A DNA stretch of 57,838 nt from Candidatus Dormiibacterota bacterium (GTDB lineage: Bacteria > Chloroflexota > Dormibacteria > Aeolococcales > Aeolococcaceae): NCBI GenBank assembly GCA_036786805.1, contig DAIQQM010000001.1, positions 1-57,838 on the forward strand, written 5' to 3'. The translations under genes were made by a program, and so were the position numbers. The notes beneath the pieces were generated by a model, which did no database searches, was not told the DNA's origin, and worked only from the letters and a program-made list of their open reading frames with translations. Below are positions 1-10,275 of the stretch, piece after piece (within the stretch, counting starts at the first letter, position 1; every line of letters starts with the position of its first letter).

Positions 1-2046
<2,046 letters not shown>

Positions 2047-2047
<1 letters not shown>

Positions 2048-2529
2048 CACGCTACTCCTGCGGATTCCGCGGCGTTTGCGGCCGCCGCGTGCTGAATCGC
2101 TTTGACGATGTTCATGTATCCCGTGCAGCGGCAGATGTTCCCGCTGATGCCCCAGCGAATCTCGTCCTCGGTCGGATGCGGGTTGGCCTCGATGAGCGCC
2201 TTGCCGACCAGCATCATCCCCGGGGTGCAGAAGCCGCACTGCAGGCCGTGCTCGGCGTGGAAGCCCTCCTGGATCGAGTCGAGCTTGCCGCCCTTGGCGA
2301 GACCCTCGACCGTCGTGACCTTCTTGCCCTCGAGCATCGGAGCGAGCAGCGTGCAGGACTTCACCGGCCGGCCGTCGAGCAGCACCGTGCAGGCACCGCA
2401 GTTGCTCGTGTCGCAGCCGATATGCGTCCCGGTCATTCCGAGCTTGGTGCGGATGAGGTCGACGACGAGCGTGCGCGGCTCGACGTCGACGCTCTTCTCA
2501 GCTCCATTGATCTCAAACGTGACCTTCAT
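2047..2529 (-). CDS. coxS: CO dehydrogenase small subunit, two [2Fe-2S] clusters
   Basis: 160-aa ORF with CDTSNCGACTV and CGFCTPGM...CRCTGY cysteine motifs. 4-nt overlaps with both neighbours. Confidence 0.95.
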
Positions 2530-3404
2530 GCCGCTGCTCCCTGCGCGCGATTGATCGCGGTGTGCAGGCCGCGCTGCACGAAGACCCGTGCAACGTCGCG
2601 CTTGTACTCCGCACTCCCCCGGATGTCCGCCTTCGGCTCCGCTGCGCCGGCAGCGAGACGCGCCGCCTCCGCGATCACGTCGTCAGACGGCGCCTGGCCG
2701 ACGAGCGCGGCCTCGGCGGCGGTCGCCTTGATGCTGTGGGCGCCGACCGCGCACAGCCCGATGCCCGCGGTCGCGATTCGCCCGTCATCACCGAGCACGA
2801 CGTGGACCGCGGTCGCGACGGTCGCGAAGTCGCCGATCTTGCGCTCGAGCTTGAGGTACGTTCCACCTGAACGCCCGGACCCGACCGGGATCCGGATCTC
2901 TGTCATGACCTCGTTGGACTGAAGGCCCGTCGTGAAAGGTCCCTCGAAGAAGCCGGCCGCGGGCAGCACGCGCTCCCCGCCTGACGACCTGACGACGAAC
3001 TCAGCGCCGACCGCGAGCATGACCGCGCCCCAGTCACCGGCGGGATCCGCGTGGCAGATCGAGCCGCCAACGGTGCCCATGTTGCGAATCAGCGGGTCGG
3101 AGATGAGCGGTGCCGCGTCGAGCAGGACGTCCAGTGTCCCGCGAAGGTCAGTGGCGCTCTCGACGTCGCGGTGACGGGTGCGCGCGCCGATACGCACATG
3201 CCCGTTTTCTCTGCGGATTCCCTCGAGTCCATCAACTCTTCCAATATCGATGACGATCACCGGAGCCGCAAATCGTAGTTTCAGCAATGGGATCAGACTC
3301 TGGCCCCCGGCGAGCACCTTGGCGTCATCGCCGTTCTGGCTCAACAGGCTGAGCACCTCGTCAAGCGCCCCCGGCGCGACGTAGTCAAACGCGGCAGGGA
3401 ACAT
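2526..3404 (-). CDS. coxM: CO dehydrogenase medium subunit, FAD-binding
   Basis: 292-aa ORF. N-terminus FDYVAPGALDEVLSLL...AKVLAGGQSLIPLLKLR is typical of the CoxM/XdhB FAD-binding domain. First gene of the M-S-L order. Confidence 0.92.
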   Translation of the reverse strand: MFPAAFDYVAPGALDEVLSLLSQNGDDAKVLAGGQSLIPLLKLRFAAPVIVIDIGRVDGLEGIRRENGHVRIGARTRHRDVESATDLRGTLDVLLDAAPLISDPLIRNMGTVGGSICHADPAGDWGAVMLAVGAEFVVRSSGGERVLPAAGFFEGPFTTGLQSNEVMTEIRIPVGSGRSGGTYLKLERKIGDFATVATAVHVVLGDDGRIATAGIGLCAVGAHSIKATAAEAALVGQAPSDDVIAEAARLAAGAAEPKADIRGSAEYKRDVARVFVQRGLHTAINRAQGAAA

Positions 3405-3435
3405 CCAAAACCTCCGGGATTGAGCCCAATTACTC

Positions 3436-3598
3436 TCGAGGATGTGTCCGGTAGCGGACGGACCACAAGGGTACGCCAGTCAAGGACCGAGCGAAAACAG
3501 CCGTGAGACGCACCGATGTTCCGGCAAATACCCTTCCGGTAACCATGACTATGATGATTGCCGGACTCCGAACCGAGGGTAAAGGATCAGAAAGCAGA
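3436..3598 (+). promoter_or_regulatory. Candidate structured 5' leader (possible Moco riboswitch) plus divergent promoter region between coxM and moeA
   Basis: 196-nt divergent intergenic region, visibly less GC-rich than its flanks. The 3' part, GCCGGACUCCGAACCGAGGGUAAAGGA (3561-3586), resembles the conserved ..CCUCCGAG..GGAAAGG.. 3' segment of the Moco RNA motif as I remember it from E. coli moaA. Local hairpins at UCCG-GUAG-CGGA and GGCAA..UUGCC. Not verified by a covariance model. Confidence 0.25.
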
Positions 3599-3600
3599 CG

Positions 3601-4833
3601 ATGTTGACGCACGCCGTTTCCACCGAGCTCGAATCAGTCGACAGTGCGCAGCGGCGTCTGCTCGACCAGGTTTCCGTGCTCGCCCCCGAGACGGTGTCCC
3701 TGGAGTCGGCCCTCGGACGGATCCTCGCCGAGCCGATCTCATCGCACTCCGATCTGCCCGGGTTCGACAACTCGGCGATGGACGGGTACGCCGTGCTCGC
3801 GCGCGATATCGCGGACGCAGCGCCGAGCGCGCCGGTCAGGCTTCCGGTCGTCGGTGAGTCTCGGGCCGGGGCTGTTCCGCAGGCGCACCGCGCCGGAACG
3901 GCGATGCGGATCATGACCGGCGCCCCGATGCCCGGCGGCGCCGACACGGTCGTCCGGCAGGAGGACACCTCGCGCGACGGCGCCGCTGTGCTCATCGGGA
4001 TCGCGACGCCGCTCGGCGCGAGCGTTCGCCCGCGCGGCGCCGACATGCGCGCCGGGGACATCGTGATGCTCCCAGGGCAACAGCTCACCAGCATCGACAT
4101 CGGCGTCGCGGCCGCGCTCGGTCATGAGCGCGTCGCGGTCGGCGCACGGCCACGCGTCGCACTGCTCGCCACAGGCGACGAGCTGGTTCCCGCGGGGACG
4201 TATCCAGGCCCTGCGCAGCTCGTCGACTCCAACTCGCCGATGCTGACCGCGGCGGTCCGCGCGGCGGGCGGGCTCCCGACCTTCCTCGGCATCGCCCGCG
4301 ACACCAGGCATTCGGTGCGGACAATGCTCGAAGCGGCGAGCTCGTCCGATCTGGTGGTGAGCAGCGCGGGCGTCAGTGTCGGTGACCACGACTGGGTCCG
4401 TGAGGTCGCCGGCGAGCTGGGCACCATCTCGACCTGGCGGGTGGCCATGCGTCCCGGCAAACCGGTGCTGATCGGAAGGCTGGGGGACGCGGTGTTCATC
4501 GGCCTTCCCGGCAACCCGGTGAGCAGCTCGGTGACCTTCGAGCTCTTCGCCCGGCCCGTGATCCGTCGGATGCAGGGCGCCACCGAGCTGCACCGTCGCA
4601 GGATCTCCGTCCGGCTCGGCGAGGCGATGACCAAGCCCGCCGGGCTGGAGACATACACGCGCGCGGTGCTCCGCACCGAGGAACACGACGATCTTCTCCG
4701 CGCACACAGCTCCGGAGACCAGGGCTCTTCGATGCTCCAGTCCCTGACACGCGCGGACTGCCTGCTCGTGCTCCCCGCGGAGCCCGAGGTGCTCGAGGCC
4801 GGGACCGTCGTCGAGGCGATCCCCCTGCGATGA
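3601..4833 (+). CDS. moeA: Molybdopterin molybdenumtransferase
   Basis: 410-aa ORF with MoeA-type segments NSAMDGYAV, TGAPMPGGADTVV, SVGDHD and GLPGNPVSS. Confidence 0.9.
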   Translation: MLTHAVSTELESVDSAQRRLLDQVSVLAPETVSLESALGRILAEPISSHSDLPGFDNSAMDGYAVLARDIADAAPSAPVRLPVVGESRAGAVPQAHRAGTAMRIMTGAPMPGGADTVVRQEDTSRDGAAVLIGIATPLGASVRPRGADMRAGDIVMLPGQQLTSIDIGVAAALGHERVAVGARPRVALLATGDELVPAGTYPGPAQLVDSNSPMLTAAVRAAGGLPTFLGIARDTRHSVRTMLEAASSSDLVVSSAGVSVGDHDWVREVAGELGTISTWRVAMRPGKPVLIGRLGDAVFIGLPGNPVSSSVTFELFARPVIRRMQGATELHRRRISVRLGEAMTKPAGLETYTRAVLRTEEHDDLLRAHSSGDQGSSMLQSLTRADCLLVLPAEPEVLEAGTVVEAIPLR

Positions 4834-5861
4834 CAACCGTTTCAGCGGTTCCCGTGGTAGCGGTCGGTCCCGACCGGTTCGGCCGCTCGCTTCGAGACGT
4901 GCGCATCTCGGTCACGGACCGTTGCAACTTCCGCTGTCCGTACTGCATGCCCAAGGCGCGTTTCGGCCCCGGCTATCGTTTCCTGCCTCGCGCCGAGGCA
5001 CTCCACGCCGGCGAGATCGTCCGGCTCGCCGGTATCTTCGCTTCGCTCGGAGTCACCAAGATCCGCCTCACCGGTGGCGAACCGCTGCTCCGTCCGGACC
5101 TGGCCGAGATCGTTGCGGGGATTGCCGGGCTCGGCGTGCCCGACATCGCGTTGACCACCAACGGCGCGCTGCTCCGGCGCTGGGCGACCCGCCTCCGCGA
5201 CGCCGGACTGCATCGGGTGACGGTGAGCCTCGACTCGCTCGACCGCGACGTGTTCACGTCGATGAGTGATTCGAAGGTCGAGTTGAGCGAGGTGCTCGAC
5301 GGCATCGACGCTGCGCGCGAGGCCGGGATCGCGCCGATCAAGCTCAATTGCGTCGTGCAACGTGGCGTGAACGAGGAGGGCCTGCTCGACCTCGTCGCGT
5401 TCGCCCGCCGAGAGGGATTCGGCCTGCGCTGCATCGAGTACATGGACGTCGGCGCGACCAACGGATGGCACATGGCGGACGTGGTGAGCGGCGAAGAGAT
5501 CCTCGAACGCGTGCGCCAGGTGTACCCGCTCCTCGAGGAGCAGCCGGACCCGTTCGCGGTGGCCCGGACCTATCGGTTCGCCGACGGCAAGGGCGAGCTC
5601 GGCGTCATCACATCGGTGAGCCGTCCGTTCTGCGGCGACTGCACGCGCGCCCGGCTCGGCGTTGACGGCAAGCTCTACACGTGCCTGTTCGCGACCTCGG
5701 GCATCGACCTGCGCGAGCCGTTGCGCTCCGGCGCGGACGATGACGCGTTGCGCAGCATCGTCGCGGACCGCTGGAAGCGTCGCGACGATCGTTACTCGGA
5801 GTTGCGCGGGCTGGGCATCGCCCAGGGTGAGCGCATCGAGATGTCGTACATCGGCGGCTGA
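4830..5861 (+). CDS. moaA: GTP 3',8-cyclase (radical SAM)
   Basis: CNFRCPYC radical-SAM motif, C-terminal CGDCTRARL cluster motif, terminal GG. ATGA overlap with moeA. Confidence 0.95.
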   Translation: MTTVSAVPVVAVGPDRFGRSLRDVRISVTDRCNFRCPYCMPKARFGPGYRFLPRAEALHAGEIVRLAGIFASLGVTKIRLTGGEPLLRPDLAEIVAGIAGLGVPDIALTTNGALLRRWATRLRDAGLHRVTVSLDSLDRDVFTSMSDSKVELSEVLDGIDAAREAGIAPIKLNCVVQRGVNEEGLLDLVAFARREGFGLRCIEYMDVGATNGWHMADVVSGEEILERVRQVYPLLEEQPDPFAVARTYRFADGKGELGVITSVSRPFCGDCTRARLGVDGKLYTCLFATSGIDLREPLRSGADDDALRSIVADRWKRRDDRYSELRGLGIAQGERIEMSYIGG

Positions 5862-5864
5862 CCG

Positions 5865-6557
5865 TTGGATGAGATCACCGTCCTGGTGTTCGGACCGCTC
5901 CGCGAGCGAGTCGGCCTCGCGGAGGTCCACGTCGACGGCGCGACCGTGCAGGAGGTGTGGGACGAGCTCGTTCGGCGCCATCCCGCCGCCGCGGTCGACG
6001 CCGGGTCGATACGGGCGGCGCGCAACCTCGGGTACTGCGAATGGAGCACGGCGGTGCACGGCGGCGACACCATCGCCTTCATCCCCCCGGTGGCCGGCGG
6101 CAGCAACGGTCCGTCACCGGTGCGCGTCTGGATGACCGACGCGCCCATCGACATCGCGTCGGTGATCGCGAGCGCCGGCACGTCACGCGACGGAGCCGTG
6201 GCGACCTTCATCGGCAGAGTGCGCGATCACAGTGACGGCGTCGTGGTGCACCGGATGGACTACGAGGCGTATGCGGAGATGGCCGAGGCCGAGATGCGCC
6301 GGATCGGCGAGGAGCTGTTCGCCCGCGGCGGTATCAGCACGATCACGATCGTGCACCGCACCGGATCGCTGCTCATCGGCGACGCAAGCGTCGTCGTGGT
6401 GGTGGCGGCGCCGCACCGGGACACGGCGTTTCCCGCGTGTCAGGAGGCGCTGGAGCTCATCAAAAGCACCGTCCCCGTGTGGAAGCGCGAGCACCGAGCC
6501 GACGGTGCGCGCTGGGTGGACGCGCGCCACGGCGCCGCCGACGTGGTGGGCTCGTGA
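5865..6557 (+). CDS. Fused molybdopterin synthase: MoaD-like sulfur carrier (N-terminal) plus MoaE catalytic subunit (C-terminal)
   Basis: 230-aa ORF with a TTG start. N-terminal ~79 aa are ThiS/MoaD-like and end in IPPVAGG (GG at 6096-6101). The remainder is MoaE-like (GAVATFIGRVRD..., VAAPHR, PVWKRE). Confidence 0.85.
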   Translation: MDEITVLVFGPLRERVGLAEVHVDGATVQEVWDELVRRHPAAAVDAGSIRAARNLGYCEWSTAVHGGDTIAFIPPVAGGSNGPSPVRVWMTDAPIDIASVIASAGTSRDGAVATFIGRVRDHSDGVVVHRMDYEAYAEMAEAEMRRIGEELFARGGISTITIVHRTGSLLIGDASVVVVVAAPHRDTAFPACQEALELIKSTVPVWKREHRADGARWVDARHGAADVVGS

Positions 6558-7039
6558 CCGAGCGGCGCCTGACGCATGTCGACGCAACCGGTCGCGCGCG
6601 GATGGTCGACATCAGCGACAAGGCGGTGACCCAGCGCAGCGCCACAGCGCGGGGTCGCGTGACTTGCAGCGCCGAGGCGGTGGAGCGAATCGCCGCCGAC
6701 GCGATCGCCAAGGGCAGCGTGCTCGATACGGCGCGGCTCGCCGGCATCATGGGCGCCAAGCGCACCTCCGACCTGATCCCCCTGTGCCACCCGCTCGCGC
6801 TCCGTCACATCGATGTCGACCTGCGACTCGACACATCCGGCGTGGTGATCGAGGCGACGGCGCGCGTCGAGGGAGCGACCGGTGTCGAGATGGAGGCGCT
6901 CACCGCCGTCGCGATTGCCGGGCTCACCGTGATCGACATGATCAAGGCCGTCGACCACTGGGCGTCCATCACCGACGTGACGCTGGTGCACAAGGAGGGC
7001 GGCCGCAGCGGCAGGCTCGATCGACCGGGCTCGGGCTAG
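6554..7039 (+). CDS. moaC: Cyclic pyranopterin monophosphate synthase
   Basis: LTHVDATGRARMVDISDK, IPLCHPL and TGVEMEALTAV motifs. I prefer the GTG at 6554 (GTGA overlap with the moaD/E stop) over the track's upstream ATG at 6437, which overlaps moaE. Confidence 0.9.
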   Translation: MTERRLTHVDATGRARMVDISDKAVTQRSATARGRVTCSAEAVERIAADAIAKGSVLDTARLAGIMGAKRTSDLIPLCHPLALRHIDVDLRLDTSGVVIEATARVEGATGVEMEALTAVAIAGLTVIDMIKAVDHWASITDVTLVHKEGGRSGRLDRPGSG

Positions 7040-7557
7040 TTCGCCGGCGCTGCGTGTTCGGGGTGCCGCGTGTTGCCGGCAATGAGCGCGAGCGCATGCG
7101 GGAGCGCCGGCCACACGGCGTCAAGGCACTCCGCGACGGCTGCCGGGCTCCCCGGCAGCGAGAGCACGAGACAACCGCCGCTGACGCCGACGACCTGTCG
7201 TGAGAGCATCGCGTGCGGCGTCGATGTGAGGCCCTGGTGACGCATCACCTCGGCCATGCCGGGAACCTCGTAGTCGAGCATCGGCGTCACCGCCTGCGGT
7301 GTGACATCGCGAGGGCCGAGACCCGTGCCCCCGGTGAGCACGAGAATGTCGGCTTGCGCGATGCAGTCACGCACCGCCGCACGGATCCTCTCGATTTCGT
7401 CGGGCACACTCTCGCGGACCACGACGTCCGCGGGGAGCAGCGCGAAACGCGCGACGATCACGTCACCGCTGCGATCATCAGCGTCAACACCTCGCCGGCT
7501 GTCGCTCACGGTGATCTCAGCGGCACGCCAGCGGCGTTCTGCGGTCACATCACTCAT
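7036..7557 (-). CDS. moaB: MoaB/MogA-family molybdopterin adenylyltransferase-like protein
   Basis: 173-aa ORF with the LVLTGGTGLGPRDVTPQA signature. ATGA overlap with the fdhD stop. Confidence 0.85.
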   Translation of the reverse strand: MSDVTAERRWRAAEITVSDSRRGVDADDRSGDVIVARFALLPADVVVRESVPDEIERIRAAVRDCIAQADILVLTGGTGLGPRDVTPQAVTPMLDYEVPGMAEVMRHQGLTSTPHAMLSRQVVGVSGGCLVLSLPGSPAAVAECLDAVWPALPHALALIAGNTRHPEHAAPAN

Positions 7558-8372
7558 TGGCGAATGATCCGTTCTTGGCCGGCATAGACGTTCATCTGCT
7601 CACCGCGAAGGAAGCCTACCAGGGTCATTCCTGAATAGGCGGCGAGCTCGACGGCGAGGCTCGATGGCGCGGAAACCGCTGCCAGCAAAGGAATCCCGGC
7701 CATCAATGCCTTCTGGGTCAGCTCGAAGCTGGCGCGACCGGAGGCGAGAATGATGTGCGAGCGCAGCGGCAACAGCTCGTGCGTCGCGGCCCATCCGATC
7801 ACCTTGTCGAAGGCGTTGTGACGGCCGACATCCTCGCGCAGGCACAGCAGGACTCCGCCGGCGTCGAAGAGTGCCGCCGCGTGCAGTCCACCGGTGCGTG
7901 AGAACTGCCGCTGCGCGGATCGCTGGATCGCGGGCAGGCTCAGCAGGAGCGACGCGGAGACCCGGAGCGGGTCAGCGGCCACATCGTATGCCGATTTCGT
8001 GCGCACCGCCTCGATGCTCGCCTTGCCGCACATCCCGCAGGACGAGGTCATGTAGAAGGCGCGGGGTGTGATGTCGCGAGTGGCCTGTGGATCGGTGAGC
8101 GTGACCTCCACGATGTTGAGCTCCCCCGTCTCCGCGGCAGCATCGGGGCACATGCGCATTGCCGCGATCTGGCTCGCCGAGCGCACGATGCCCTCGGTGA
8201 TGAGGAAGCCCGCGACCAGGTCGAAGTCGTCCCCCGGCGTGCGCATGGTCACCGACAACGACACCTCGCCGATCCGGATCTCGAGGGGCTCCTCGGTGCT
8301 GACGTCATCGCTGCGCCAGGTGACGGCGCCGCCCGCCGCAACCTGCATCACCCGCCTGTGGCGCACAGTCAT
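7554..8372 (-). CDS. fdhD: FdhD-family sulfurtransferase (Moco sulfuration accessory protein)
   Basis: SSCGMCGK cysteine loop and GRHNAFDK motif. Start placed at ATG 8372 (MTVRHRRV..., GGAG 4-5 nt upstream). The track's 8465 start adds an unlikely 31 aa. Confidence 0.85.
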   Translation of the reverse strand: MTVRHRRVMQVAAGGAVTWRSDDVSTEEPLEIRIGEVSLSVTMRTPGDDFDLVAGFLITEGIVRSASQIAAMRMCPDAAAETGELNIVEVTLTDPQATRDITPRAFYMTSSCGMCGKASIEAVRTKSAYDVAADPLRVSASLLLSLPAIQRSAQRQFSRTGGLHAAALFDAGGVLLCLREDVGRHNAFDKVIGWAATHELLPLRSHIILASGRASFELTQKALMAGIPLLAAVSAPSSLAVELAAYSGMTLVGFLRGEQMNVYAGQERIIRQ

Positions 8373-8449
8373 GCTCTCCACGATACCGGGATTGGCGGGG
8401 TCTGCTCGGCAGCCCTTCGATGAGCTCCGGTTGGATAATCGGATGAGGA

Positions 8450-9247
8450 ATGACCACCCCGCCAAAGGTCTTTGTGTTCAAAGGCGATCGTCTTGACGAA
8501 CCGGACTGGAGAACCCAGACCCACTTCGTTCTGGGTTTGACACTCCGCCTTGCGACTCCTCAGGAAGGAGGCCGTTCAACGCCGCTCGGCCCGTTCGGTC
8601 CGAACCCGTGGGTCTATCGCCCCGACTGGGGCTTCGAGGGCCTGAATCATCCGCGTGAGATGTGCGGTGCGCCGGTAATGTTCTTTGAACGCGACCTCGT
8701 GCCTGTAGGAGCGACGCAGAGGGCCGTTATCTGGAACTTCGGCTCCCGGGACAAGTGGGACACCGTGCAGCCGAGGTCTGAGTTGTTCATGTACGAAGGT
8801 CCCCATCTGTGCGGGCGCGCATCCGTCGAGTGGAAAGAAGAGGTGCAGCCTCAGCTCTCCGACGAGCAAATGGATCGGTTTCGGCAATGGGCTGTGACGG
8901 GCGAGCTTTCTCCTTCCTCGGCGCCAACTGGCACGGGAGCGACATCATCTGAGGCCGTGCCCGATATCCCGGAGCCCCGCGACCTGCTTGCCGAGCTAGC
9001 CTCGAACCTGAGCGCAGCACATGGCGCTCTCGCCACCCTGGGGGTCGTCGACCTGGCCGGACGGGCGCAGCTGCTCCGCATTGCTCGCGACGTCGCGCAC
9101 GCCACCGAGCGCCAGAACGCCCCCCTCGCGGCCTACCTGATCGGCCGGTTCGTCGAGACCTCCGTGTGCGCGGGGATCTCGGAGACCGACGCCATCGAGG
9201 AGGCGGCGTCGATCGTTCGATCCATCATCGGGGACGGTCCCGGGTGA
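8450..9247 (+). CDS. Hypothetical protein: N-terminal EF-Tu domain III-like beta-barrel plus C-terminal helical domain
   Basis: 265-aa ORF. QEGGRSTP...YRPDWGF...VPVGATQRAVIWNF...LFMYEGPHLCGRASV parallels the EF-Tu domain III pattern EGGRHTPFF.GYRPQFYF...MPGDN...FAIREGGRTVGAGVV. Many T/A-ending codons across 8450-8900, unlike its neighbours. Orientation opposite to the flanking Moco genes. Confidence 0.55.
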   Translation: MTTPPKVFVFKGDRLDEPDWRTQTHFVLGLTLRLATPQEGGRSTPLGPFGPNPWVYRPDWGFEGLNHPREMCGAPVMFFERDLVPVGATQRAVIWNFGSRDKWDTVQPRSELFMYEGPHLCGRASVEWKEEVQPQLSDEQMDRFRQWAVTGELSPSSAPTGTGATSSEAVPDIPEPRDLLAELASNLSAAHGALATLGVVDLAGRAQLLRIARDVAHATERQNAPLAAYLIGRFVETSVCAGISETDAIEEAASIVRSIIGDGPG

Positions 9248-9878
9248 CCCGTGCGAGGTCCTCGGGTGTGTTGACGTTGTCGCTGAACCTGGCGGAGATG
9301 CCCGCGGCGCGCCACTTGCGCTCCGGGAGACGCCGGACGTCGGATCGCTCGATCAGGTGCCGCAGCGATCGATCCGGTCCGGCGAGCGCAGCCTCAGCCG
9401 CCCCGAGGAGTGACACCGAGTAGACGGCATGGAGCGGCTCGATCCCTCGTGAGGTCTCGCACACCGCCACGTCACCGTCGCCGATGGTCGCGGCCAGCAT
9501 CGCGAGGAGGCTGGGATCGATCCAGGGGAGGTCCACCGCCACCACGGCGAGCAGGCGATGCGTTGAGGCGCGAAGCGCCGCGACCAAACCGCCGAGCGGT
9601 CCTGCGCCCGGCACCGCGTCGGCGACCGATCGCCTTCCCGTGACGTGGAGGGGCACGGCGCCGGGAGCGATGAGCACGGGATCGCACACCTTGTCGAGGC
9701 GCTCGAGCGCGCGCTCGAGCAGGGTCACACCGTCCAGGGTGACGGTCGCCTTGTCGACACCCATGCGCCTGCTCGCACCGCCGCACAGGACGACACCGGC
9801 GAGACCCGGGCGCACGAGCGCACGGTCGTGCCGGGGAACGCCTTCATCGCGCCCGGGTGATACCTCCACGGGGCGCAA
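9225..9878 (-). CDS. mobA: MobA-family molybdenum cofactor nucleotidyltransferase (guanylyl- versus cytidylyl- specificity not resolved)
   Basis: GVVLCGGASRRMGVDKA NTP-transferase loop. The true start may be the GTG at 9815. Confidence 0.8.
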   Translation of the reverse strand: MRPVEVSPGRDEGVPRHDRALVRPGLAGVVLCGGASRRMGVDKATVTLDGVTLLERALERLDKVCDPVLIAPGAVPLHVTGRRSVADAVPGAGPLGGLVAALRASTHRLLAVVAVDLPWIDPSLLAMLAATIGDGDVAVCETSRGIEPLHAVYSVSLLGAAEAALAGPDRSLRHLIERSDVRRLPERKWRAAGISARFSDNVNTPEDLARVTRDRPR

Positions 9879-9953
9879 CCTTACGAAACACCACCGTCCC
9901 GAGCCCTCCGTCAGAGCGGCGATCCCTGCGTTGCCGCAGGAGCGCCCCAGCGA

Positions 9954-10121
9954 TCAGGCGCTCAAGCCGTTGCTGATGTTCGAGAAGACGTTGTTCGTCT
10001 GATGTCCCATGACACCGACAACAACGATGACGAAGATCGCGATCAGGACGATGATCAGCCCGTACTCGACGAGCCCCTGACCACGTTCGTCATCGCGCCG
10101 CCGGCTGGTGGGAGCGGTCAT
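9954..10121 (-). CDS. flp: Flp/Fap-family type IVb prepilin
   Basis: ERGQGLVEYGLIIVLIAIFVIVVV matches the G-x4-EY processing motif plus hydrophobic helix. ATG at 10121 is preceded by GAGG. The track ORF extends to 10178. Confidence 0.75.
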   Translation of the reverse strand: MTAPTSRRRDDERGQGLVEYGLIIVLIAIFVIVVVGVMGHQTNNVFSNISNGLSA

Positions 10122-10275
10122 CGACCTCACCAGGGCTACCAACGCGGGGATAAATGCCGGGATCATGTCGAGCAGCATCGGTCACATACGGCGACCAAAC
10201 GTTGTGGTTGGGTGACGAGCTTGTTTCGGTGCCCGCCAACGAGATGGCGTCTGTTACTGCGACGTTACCCCGCGC

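Noticed and set aside
3430-3612. 60-aa ORF on the - strand inside the coxM/moeA intergenic region.
   Set aside because: It has no ribosome-binding site, an odd composition, and overlaps the moeA start. The region is better explained as promoter/leader sequence.
7036-7039. moaC and moaB stop codons share the palindrome CTAG (convergent 4-nt overlap).
   Set aside because: This is a coincidence of tight convergent packing with no evident regulatory meaning.
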